Shown here in pieces: positions 1-10,980 of a stretch of DNA of 64,000 bases (positions are counted from its first letter, which is position 1; the number at the start of each line of letters is the position of its first letter). Source of the stretch: Magallana gigas (lineage: Eukaryota); the NCBI RefSeq assembly GCF_963853765.1, contig NC_088858.1, forward strand, positions 30,938,001 to 31,002,000. The letters are read 5' to 3'. The notes under the pieces were generated by a model. The model saw only the letters and a program-made list of their open reading frames with translations. It made no database searches and was not told where the DNA came from. Position numbers and translations under genes: made by a program.

Positions 1-312
1 AAATCTACAAACGAAACATCATTAACATCTTCACAAGCATTTACAGATAACACTACACAAATCATTTACTTCGTAATCTTATCATAATCATTTATTCATA
101 TTTTAATGCAATATAAACTTCTATAAATCATATACAACATAAAAGAACTTGATTAAAGGTCTAATTATATATTATTAGAGTTGATGATTATCAACAAGTA
201 AGGCGGTTGGTGAGACTGTTCTTTGTCATTTAAATGTGACGTCATCAAAATGGTTATATATCAAACTTTGTATGCCCGAATCTCTTCTTGGAATGATACG
301 TTTGAATTTTTT

Positions 313-3300
313 CTATCCTTTTGGATACATAGTATCTACATATTCTGAAAACCAAAAATGGGAGTTAGCGAAAACATTCTGGAAATACTCAACCAAAAGC
401 AGTTATCAAGAAACAAGATTGCAACAAACCATATAGTTTAATATTTGTGTTTACGTTACAATGACTTTGATTTAAAAACATGAATGAATTTAACAGAATT
501 TTATGAACATATCAGTTGAAGGTATCATAAGTGATACTTTAATCATAATAAATATTTATGTGAAAATGTCAGTTCAGGGTACAATATATGGTCATTAATT
601 TAAATCAAAATAAATTTATTGGAATTACTAGTGTATGAAAAACCATCCGTTGATGTATTTTCTATGCACGCTGTTAGAAGTAGCGTAGATAATTACTTAC
701 AGTAACATTTTATACCAAAATGTAGAATTCCATGACATACTAAAAAAACCTTTTAGAATTTAACTCCAGTTACCGAACTATCTGACGATAGAATTGTAGC
801 TTCCTCATTTCAGGTNNNNNNNNNNNNNNNNNNNNNNNNNNNNNNNNNNNNNNNNNNNNNNNNNNNNNNNNNNNNNNNNNNNNNNNNNNNNNNNNNNNNN
901 NNNNNNNNNNNNNNNNNNNNNNNNNNNNNNNNNNNNNNNNNNNNNNNNNNNNNNNNNNNNNNNNNNNNNNNNNNNNNNNNNNNNNNNNNNNNNNNNNNNN
1001 NNNNNNNNNNNNNNNNNNNNNNTTGTTTTCTATAAGACTTTAAAATATCGCTTACCTTCGTAATCTATTTTTCCGTCCCCATTTTTATCTGCCTTTTCCA
1101 TCATTTCATCAACTTCCTTCTCTGTCAGTTTTTCTCCCATTTTTGTCAAAACTGATTGTAGCTCGGCTCTGGATATGAAACCATCCTTGTTCAGATCAAA
1201 CACTTGAAATGCTTTCTTTAATTCCATCTTCACCTCGTCCGGCTCTTTGTAAGACCGTTCCAGGAACGCCAGGAATTCATCAAAATCTATCATTCCATCT
1301 CCTGTATAGAGTATTTATGAATTTATCTATCTAAAATTAAATGCAATCATATTTTCCGTATTCTTTAAATTAAAAACTTTTTATAAACCTGTAACAACTC
1401 AACAATACAGCACAGCTAAATATTGAGGATTAAAAAAACCCGAACACTTGAATCCTTGATAACTTATAAAACAATTAAAAATAAATATAGGTAAGTTTAA
1501 AGTTGAAAACGCACCATTTTGGTCAATTTCGTTTATCATGTTTTGCACTTCTTTCATCGTTGGATTCAGACCAAGCATGCGCAATGCTGTACCCAGCTCT
1601 TGTGCACTTATTACCCCGTTTTTGTCCTTGTCGAATTCACGAAATACACTCTTAGCTTCAACGACCAAAGCTACAAAATACATGATTTGGAATCGAAGTG
1701 CAAATTAAAAAAAATTCATATAAACGTTATTACAATAAAGATGGTAACAGCGAAATTAAGAAAGAATAAGATAAGATACCTTTGGCATTTTTGGATGAAC
1801 AAATGTTTGACAAATCCATTGTCATACTTGATTCCTGGAAGTACAATAGCAATATGTATGATAAAAGTAAGTTTTAGATGTGTTCATATTTACAGATGAT
1901 ATTTTATGAGTATTAACGTACTGATTTCTTGAAAATATAATTCATTTCTTATATTATAGCATACTTGAGAATCATTTCTATATCATTTACTTTATCTAGA
2001 TTTCTGTGAGATCGTCTGAGGAAACCCAGGAATTCGTCAAACTTTATCAATCCATCTCCTTTAAAATGAATAAGAATTATCATTTTGAAAATGTTATCTA
2101 AAGATAAATTCGGTTCTTTTTGCCGGTAGTAAACCTTTTGAACAGTTGCAAATATTACCACAAAAGTCATTCGAAGTTTTGTTAGATGTGCATCATTGTT
2201 TGTATACTACTTTAATAATTTGACAAGGCTTTGCTTTTTTAAGCTGCAAACAAACTTAAATTTTGCAAGAAAAATTTGTTTGAGAGGTTTAATCATGAAC
2301 AAAAACATGTCATTACATGTAGTTATAATTGTTATCGTTCGGTAAATGAATAATCTCTCAACAAAACTATATATAATAGCGTAATACTATAACGAATTTC
2401 ATATAGCACATGAATTATTCCAACTATCCAGCAACATAAATGGCCATAACGCAAATGCATTATACATATGTATGTACACGTGCACTAGAATGATTATACT
2501 TTCTGACCTGCCAAATTAAAAAAAAAACTTCTGGGGTTTGAAAAACTACACGGTCAGGAAATATGAGGACTCCTAAACATAAATGTGCGTTATATGAATA
2601 TCCCTGTCTACTTTTTAGGCATATGGAACGCAAAATGAGGGAATATAATTACTTTGGATGTATGGAATTGCATTGTACAGTATTGAAGAAACAGCTCAAG
2701 ATAATTGACAACAAAATCTTTTTGGCAATAAAGTCACTATTGATCATATGATAATGAATGTGAAATTGATTTTATTGGTACATAGTGTATGTCGGCATTC
2801 ATATCCATTGGTGGATCCAGAGGGGGATTACGGGGGTTAGAACCCACCCCTTTCTCTGGGACAAATGAAATTTTTTTTTAAACTTAAAATTCTAACTGGA
2901 AGGCAATTTTTTTCCACTGCAATTTAAATACTATAATTATCCAACATAAATGCTTTAGAAATCGCTTACTAGTATTTAACAGATGTTCGTTGTCGTACAA
3001 CAGACGTAATTTATTCCTTAGAGACAACACCCTATCGATATTCTATTGAAGTAAAGTTATTAGTCAGGTTCCCGAGACTCCTCTGTTATTATTATTGGGG
3101 TCCCCAATACTAAAACAGAGGGTACTCGGGAACCTGACTATAAAGTAATCTTCTTCAGCACCTGGTGTTTATTTCTTTTAGTAAGCATGTGGAATTTTTT
3201 TTTAAAAATTACATAAAGCATGCAATATCGCTTAGGTATTTTCTTCTTCATTCCTAAAGAAAATCGATTGTACTTAATGAAACGCATGAAATGCATTTTA

Positions 3301-5926
3301 TTTTTCAAATGCTTAACTGAAATTCTGTGGCAAAAATATCTTAAGAAGGGTTAACTTGAGACTTATTGATTAAGACTACAAATTATCAAAATCCTTGCCA
3401 AAACCAAAATTTATATACCCACGGAAAATGTTAAAAAAGTCTAGGGGGTTCTTTACGAATAAAAGGTTAAGTTGGTATTGGACATCTCCATCTTATGACG
3501 TACTTCCTATGGAAATAATCAATAAAATCAAGTATAATTTTATCAAAGTTTTCTTTTTCAAAATTGCTACCTAACAGCGTAGTGCACTGAGTTTGAGTGT
3601 TAACTACGAATGTTAGTAATGAGTTCGAATCCCGTTGGGGCTTTTATGATTTTAACCTTTCCAGAAAATTTTAAAATATATTTTTTGGTCAAATATTGTA
3701 AAATTTGATCTTTTTTTAAACCGGTGAAAGTATTTGTCTATAAACTACTTTTATCCACATTGGTATCGACCCATACCACCTTAACTAGTGCTGAATTTTA
3801 CACGTTTTGATATTTATGGATTGGAACCCCCCCCCCCCTTTCCGATATTGCTGGATCCACCTCTGATATCTATATTTAAATGCACAAGAATCACTATTCT
3901 TTTAAGTTTGATCACAAAACTATAAGTATTTCAATGGAATAATCGGTAGTTTATATCATCGGATGTTAATGTAATGCTAAAGCACTAACGTATATGCAAT
4001 AAACAAGATAAATAAAATTCATCGCACAGTTTTGTTGATTTCCCAAATAGCAAGACATGAGTAAGCTTTACTTTTAGCAAGCGCATTGTATTTCCGATTT
4101 ATATTCTTACGCATAGGTAAAGAAAAGCGTAATTTGATTCATTATGTATGTAACTGTATGAATGTTCTACTTTCTGTGTTCAAGGCAAACGCATTTGAAT
4201 AACGTTTTAGTAATCTACATGTAATTAAAGACTTACATGAGGACGTCGTTGCATAGTAAATGTTATAGTGCAAGGCACAATGTGTGCGCAATTAGTAAAA
4301 TTTGCCGGAAGCCTTATATGGACACAGCTGTGTAAGACCGAAGCCGATTAAAAAATAGTATTTGCAATAAACGTTCCAGCATAGTATTCTTCCTTTTGAG
4401 TTAACCCTTTTAATTTCATTTCCAAACGCACCTTTTTTGTCAATTCCAATCATCATGGTTTGAACTTCCTCCCTCGTAGGACTCAGTCCAAGCAAACGCA
4501 GTGCTGTACCTAACTCCTGAACACTTATTTCTCCGTTTTTGTCTTGATCAATTTTATCAAAGGCACTTTTTGCTTCTATGATCAATGCTTCAAGAAACAA
4601 ATATTGTACAAAAATTAGCATTAGTCTGACTCAATATATCCTAAGACGAAATGGTGAAGTAAGAGCAGAAAATACCATTGGTTGATTGGGTTGAAACATA
4701 ATCTGACAGGGCCATCTTTGCTTTCGAATCCTAAAAGCACAATTGGTTTGTGTATGTTTTAGATTTATCATAACAAGCTGATTACACTTATTCAGGACGG
4801 TTAAATATCGACGACTTTACAAATTTATCGTTAATACGGTTTGAAGACTTTTTTGGCATTATAATAGTAAAAAACATTACTTTTTAATTTCAATTTGTAT
4901 TTTTTAAATAAAATGTTACTTCGCCTTTCTTCTTATAAGACCCTTTGAGAAATGCCAGAAATTCGTCATACTCTATCGTTCCATTTCCTTAAATAAATAC
5001 ATAAAAAAAATACTGTAGTATAAAAATCATATAACATGTGTGTATTGATAGTATTTAAAATTTCCACGTTGATTGTTATAATTGTTTATTCGTAATCTGC
5101 ACTACGTATAATTGGCGATTTTTCCCGAATTTAGCACAATGCCAATTTCATTACCATTTAGTATTAATGCTAAAGGAATGTTGGTCATATTAACTATTTG
5201 GTAAAAAAGTACTAGCCTTTGCATTTGTAAAAGAAATAAAGAATCTGAAAAAAAAAATTCGTGTTTAAAGATGCGTTTTATTGCCCAAAATGACGAAAAA
5301 ATGTTATCAGAGTTCTTATTTTGAGTCGTAAGAGCCGTTTTACGTTTTACTACCAGCTAGTTCAAGCTACCTGCGAGAGCAAAAATATTTGTGTGTTTTT
5401 ATTTATGAATAATATTCATTGCTAAAAAACATCGGAAGTCAAACGAGTACCCTGGCAATTGGATCATTTGCATGTTTTTCATTCATATGTTCATAAACTG
5501 ATAATAAATCCATTTATTGACATATATATATATATATCCTAAAGTATTGAAAGGGAAATGCGTACCTCAAAGTGTTACAAAATGACATGAAGATAATATT
5601 GACGAATTTATTCTACTTTTAAAACGCACCATTTTTGTCAATTTTCTTTATCACGTTTTGCAATTCCTTCATCGTTGGATTCAGACCAAGCATGCGCACT
5701 GCTGTACCCAACTCCTGGGCACTTATTTTTCCACTTTTATCTTTGTCAAATTCATCAAAAACATTCCTTGCTTCCAAATCCAAAGCTGCAAAAAAAAATG
5801 GATTATTTGGTATGTATCAAATAAAATAACAAAGCATCTTGTCTTTGGAATGGTAAAAGAAAACGTGAAAGAAGAAATACCGTTGGCTGATTGTGGTGAA
5901 AAAATGGCTGACAGATCCATCGCCAT
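313..5926 (-). CDS. Gene A2: 8-EF-hand calmodulin-like protein (345 aa), 10 coding exons
   Basis: Coding exons (minus): 5881-5926 (ATG, MAMDLSAIFSPQSAN), 5630-5785, 4920-4987, 4676-4730, 4432-4587, 1991-2058, 1780-1834, 1515-1670, 1056-1301, 313-344 (EYVDTMYPKG*). All junctions are GT-AG; total 1038 nt, in frame. Loops: [96 protein letters not shown]. An unseen exon in the N gap at 816-1022 cannot be excluded. Confidence 0.85.
816..1022. other. Assembly gap (N run) in the last intron of gene A2
   Basis: Run of N. Confidence 1.
3061..3140. mobile_element. 80-bp palindromic MITE with TA ends, nested in the 2806-3865 element
   Basis: TAGTCAGGTTCCCGAG...CTCGGGAACCTGACTA; outer 16 bp are a perfect inverted repeat; the stem is about 39 bp with a 1-nt centre. 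Confidence 0.8.
3577..3640 (+). repeat. Degenerate tRNA-like (SINE-head-like) segment
   Basis: A-box-like TAGTGCACTGAG and B-box GTTCGAATCC (3623-3632) at tRNA-like spacing; no intact cloverleaf. Confidence 0.35.
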
Positions 5927-6190
5927 TCTTGAATCCTGAAAGTGCAAGCAAGTAAATGTATCTTACATATCAACCGTAGCGTGGTGTTTACATATGTAGT
6001 AATTCTTATCTGCGTTGATTTAGTTTTGTCAAAAACGAAAGTTCATTTTTCAATTCGCCCCAAACATCATATAAACCCTAAGAGTTAAAATTTTCAGTTT
6101 AATTAACTCTTAATCAAAGATACATCATACATAAAATCCTTTAGTTTTACACATGCATGGAACTCGTAAATGTCGTAGTTTCATACTTAC

Positions 6191-6290
6191 CAGTACTACT
6201 GTGCACTCCGTATCAATTCCATGTCAATTTACATGAATCCCTTTAAGAACGGATAATTTCTGTCAATTTTTCCATGGTTCTATAAAACCA
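6191..6290 (-). promoter_or_regulatory. Putative non-coding first exon and core promoter of gene A2
   Basis: Strong donor CTG|GTAAGT at 6191/6190, giving a 255-nt intron to the acceptor at 5936. TATA-like TTTTATAGAA near 6285. There is an in-frame TGA and no in-frame ATG before the junction. The layout mirrors the 5'UTR donor of paralog A1 at 9780. Confidence 0.5.
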
Positions 6291-7882
6291 GGAACAAAAT
6301 TATGCTTTTCAAATCATTTAAAATCCTTTAAATTGCTTTGATATGCAATGTGTATTGTGCCCAAGGACGCTTAATCTCTCTCTATGTGTAACGTACATGT
6401 ATTCAATAGCAAAGATAAAGTAAAATTTAAAAAACTCTGCTTCAATATTGATCGTGTGAACAAGTGTTTTGTTCATATTAAAGGTTTTTGAAAGGTTTGC
6501 AAGCAATATGTATTCTATCCAAGCTCTTAAATGTTAGGCTTTACATTTTAAAACGTATTGATTTATAACAGTATCCAATTCAATATCTCCTAACAATAAG
6601 AACCGCTTATGTGCCAATATTCGACCGTTAGTGTCGGTGAATGCCGTGTGTACATCAATGAGCCAATCGACTTGAACAGACAGCGATCATTTGGAAGCCA
6701 GTAAAAGGTTTGGAATGAAAAAAATCAGTTCATGAGTTGGGTTTTTTTTGCTTCTTTGTTTTGGTTGTACCAACCATCTGAACTTTGAAAAATTCTTCAT
6801 TTGCTGATGCATTTGACAAAATATATCAAAATATATCTTAATATATATGATTTTATATGGCGTGTTATTTGATTTCATATGTATTAACTTAACCTCTCAT
6901 TGTATTGAGTTAAAAGAAATGTGTGTTTCTGGCTCTATTTATTCAAAACTAACCGTTACATATAAATGCATCTAAGATTTCGGTATAGTGCTACAAACAC
7001 TAAAACTCAAAAAGAAATTCTTTGTCTATAATGGAAAGTTATCTAGAAAAAATAAGGTGGAAAATATATGTATATGTATAAAAAAAAACTATTTTAATTT
7101 GAATATAAGTAATTCGTTGACCTGTATGAAATAGTTGGCTATATCATCTTTTTAATCACTTTGAATTATCTATGCTACGTAATATATAAATTATAATAAT
7201 ATGTATGATATATAATGTAATATGGTATGATTTAATAAGTAATATGTAATTTATATACAGATGCATTATACAAAATGGCCTCGGTGATGGTGGCGGGTTT
7301 TTTTTTCTTCGTATGGTTAAAGTCATATTGATTCAAGATTATTTAAAAAACAAAACAGACAATGATTGATATTTATATCCTTTTAATTCACAAGCATGTT
7401 TAGAAATGTATGTATAACAATTCAAAAACATTTCAAAAGCAATTTAAAAATTTAAAACAAAAATTCTAACAGTTCTTGGAGATGAGTTCTTAATTCATGA
7501 TAGTGTGGGTGAAGTTTATTAAAAGGTAACAATTGTTATACTAGTCCATATATACATGTACATACAAATATATTACAACGAGTGACATGCATGAAGTAAA
7601 TTGGAAGTGTAAAAAAAGATTTTAAGGAATCTGTTACACATTACTGCTATGCATTTAAAATTAAATTAATGTTTACTTTCATAATTATGACTTGATCCAA
7701 TTGAAAAACCATTTTGTCCCATCAATGCTTAAAACACCCAATGAATGGCCAGATGCAAACAAATTCACTAAATGATCAATCATTTAAAATATATGTAATG
7801 TTTTAAAAAATAGACCATATGATTAATCATTTTATAATCAACGAAGTTAAAATTAATTGCAATTTGCAGAATTGCTATCCAT

Positions 7883-9618
7883 CTATTCGGTCGATTGACA
7901 CATCATGTTGACATATTCTGAAAGAAAAACAGTGAAATTATGGCACTTATAAAGTCATTTCAGTTCTGTCTGAAAACAATGGACTATAAATTCAGTTGTG
8001 TTAACATTCTAAATATTGGTTAAAGATTTTACTTATGAAAAAGTCAATCCACCTAAAAATAAATTATTAAATTTTCATTTTACCATTTTTCATTCTTTTT
8101 CACTGTACAACCAACTCTGAATATATGCTCGTATATTTAAAATCACATTTAACTCTAATGTTATTTTTATCCAGATTTTTAAAAATATTGTTGTCCGCTG
8201 CCCAAACCTATTTTATTGTTAACACCATATTTGATACGCTGACATTTTTTTATTGATTTAAATAAATGATCATTGCATTTTTTTTTTAAATGGAATTCAT
8301 GATCTTTTTATTGGATAAGGGTAGAAAGTCAAGCAGACATAAATATTTTTTACCTTCATAATCAATTCTCCCGTCTCCGTTGCTGTCGGCTACTCGGACC
8401 ATTTCATCAAATTCTTTCTCAGAGAGTTTCTCACCCATTTTTGTCAGCACTGCCTTAAGTTCCTCTCGAGAAATGAAACCGTCTTTATTTGCATCAAATA
8501 CCTTGAATGCCTCTGTGAGATTGCACCTTATTTCATCGGGATCTTTATAAGTGTGTTTTACATATCGTAGAAATTCGTCAAAATCTAATTTTCGGTTTCC
8601 TGCAAAAATAATTAAATTAAATAATGAAAATAACAAAATTTTGTCTATAACTTTTGTACCCTAGATTTATATAGTGCAATATTCTTCATAGGAGACAAAC
8701 ATCATGATTCATGCATATTTAGAGATTACACCTTTCATTTCATTACATTCATTATCACAATCACTGGAATAAACCTAATAGAAAAATTATACTAATTTTT
8801 ATATTCCATACTCTGTCAAATGCTTATCAGATCATACCTACCTCCATTAAATAATTAAATATTGGCTTTACTTAGGTTTTTAAACTTATTATATTTCCGG
8901 CTGATATGAAAGTTTTTAATACAAAGAAATATAGTTCCATTACCATCACTGTCAACTTCGCCGATCATCGATTGAATTTCTTTGAGGGAGGGGTTTAAGC
9001 CTACTCTCCTGAGGGCTGTCGCCAGCTCTGACTCATCAATAAAACCGTTCCCGTCTCTGTCCAGATCACGAAACACTTCCTCAGCTTCTAATAAAGCATA
9101 GAAAAGAAACCATTCAACGGATCTACAAATGAATATTATTTTCAGTGTAATCTTTTTTTTTTATTTTTTTATAAAAAGACGATTGTTCAACGCTGTTTTG
9201 TGAAAAATAGGATCATCAATTCTTTAAAAGAATACACATACAGTGAGAAAGGTATTCTCAAGAGAACATTTGTAAGTTACAACTTTTAGAACCCACAAAA
9301 CCTTTTTTTTAAACGAAAAATGAAAATGGTCGAAATATTTTTCCAGTGAATTATAGATAGAAAACTATTCTGCCCAAATGCCCTTATGTTTTTCTCTAAC
9401 GGGGACCAAATTTGCAATTTCATTTTAAGTCTTCAGTGTGTACATGTATATGCCATGCTGAAAATTAGCATCGTTATTATTTGACATCAGGGACGACCCA
9501 ATGGAGTAGTAATATTGCGACAAATATACTAAAAGTCTTATAGCTATAGGTCGAGAGGAAAATCAAATCCATCGGAAAAAAATCCCTTACCTTGTTGTTT
9601 TTCAATGTTCAAACTCAT
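7883..9618 (-). CDS. Gene A1: calmodulin-like protein (150 aa, 4 EF-hands)
   Basis: Exons 9591-9618 (MSLNIEKQQ), 8944-9087, 8354-8599, 7883-7917 (EYVNMMCQSTE*); 453 nt in frame, GT-AG junctions. Loops DRDGNGFIDESE, DSDGNRKLDFDE, DANKDGFISREE, DSNGDGRIDYEE. The ATG exon has its own acceptor at 9626; an upstream non-coding exon donor GTAAGT is at 9779. Confidence 0.88.
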
Positions 9619-9883
9619 TATATTCCTAAGGACACCGCATATACCGACTTTTAACTTTGAAAATCTCTTCCAGCGAATTCAGAGCCTGCTGAAATATTTA
9701 TTTCAATGTAAAGGATGTATCCAAAACAAATGTTGTTGAGCCAAAAATAGACATATCCTCAATCATTACGAGTACTTACCACTGTATTGTTTGCACAATG
9801 TATTGAACCTGTCTGTTTTTTATCATGCTGGTCTTATATTATCGGATGGCTTCATGTTCCGCAAACAAACGAATTTTATTGTG

Positions 9884-9893
9884 GTGACGTCAC
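9884..9893. promoter_or_regulatory. Full CRE palindrome GTGACGTCAC upstream of gene A1
   Basis: TGACGTCA at 9885-9892, about 100 nt upstream of the 5'UTR exon donor at 9780. Motif match only. Confidence 0.4.
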
Positions 9894-10980
9894 TAACAAC
9901 AGGCCCATGTTGGCAAACTAATCCCTTGAGTTTGGGATTTAAATTTTCGCTCGACCTTTTTTTTTTACCTGGGTGTCTTTTCATTAGTGAATTGTATATA
10001 TAAACTTTTAAATTGACTTAATATCGGAAACGTAATAAAAAAGCATAGATGTTCTTGCAAATACACTGTAAGACATTGAATAAAATTCAGTGAACCGGCT
10101 TTTTAAACAAATTTATTGCTATCACAATTCATATTAATTATGTTAATCATGGACAGAGTACAGTGTCAAGCAATAGAAACACGGGCATTTACATTGGATT
10201 AGGTATTTAATTCCGATTTAGAAAATATTAGGTATTTTTAGTTCGATGCAGTTATATTCCTGCCATATATGTATTTACACGATTATGTAAAAATCGAACC
10301 CATTTTGCAATGAACTTTTCTTTCACCTTAAGGAGATACTATTTCCTCTAGCATATCAATTTTTAAATTTAAATGCGGTGCATCGCCTGTCACTTGATAA
10401 AAGCAGTTACATACTATACTGTCTTTCATTTGGCATCTAATGAAATTCCAGGATACTAGGTCTTCAGTTAAAAATACAATGAACAGGGTGGTGATAATTA
10501 TAGATATATATATTCGTACTTAACAAAAATACATGTATTTGCGATGTTGTAAAATTTAAACTCTAATTTAAGTCGTTTGAATTTGAAGTTAAAATAATTT
10601 GACAAAGGTATATTGTAGAAACAAAAGTAGTACAATTATTTTTTATAGCTGTTTAATTTGTGCTAATGAATATCAAGAATTTTTTATTATTTTCTTACAA
10701 TGTAAGATATTTAAACGGACTAGGAAGCTTTCACTAAAGTTACATGTAATTGTTTAAAAATTCAAAAAGGTCCTAGTATATCAATTGTACTTGTGCTCAA
10801 GAGTATATGGTGTAAATGAAAATGAAATGAAAACTAACAGAAGCTGCTGCAAATAAAAACAAAACAATACAAATTTTTTTTTATTGTTATAGCATGAACA
10901 AGGTACATGCATCTGATCGGTTCGAACAATTTATGGTGTACTATGCAACGTAAGATTTCGTTTATTCATTTGTAAAGTAT

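Larger units (their letters stand above)
2806..3865. mobile_element. Non-autonomous DNA transposon (about 1.06 kb) with 5-bp TSD
   Basis: TIRs CATTGGTGGATCCAG and CTGGATCCACCTCTG (13/15 match); flanked by direct repeat ATATC at 2801-2805 and 3866-3870. Lies in an intron of A2. Confidence 0.75.

Noticed and set aside
3577-3640. Functional tRNA gene
   Set aside because: Only A/B-box-like motifs are present; the acceptor and anticodon stems do not pair, and it lies inside a transposon.
8033-8052. GGLTFS* micro-exon as the true end of A1 or as a constitutive bridge to A2
   Set aside because: A much better terminal exon (ctgtttttctttcag|EYVNMMCQSTE*, 7883-7917) restores Glu12 and the exit helix, and the micro-exon ends in a stop. 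Kept only as a possible minor path.
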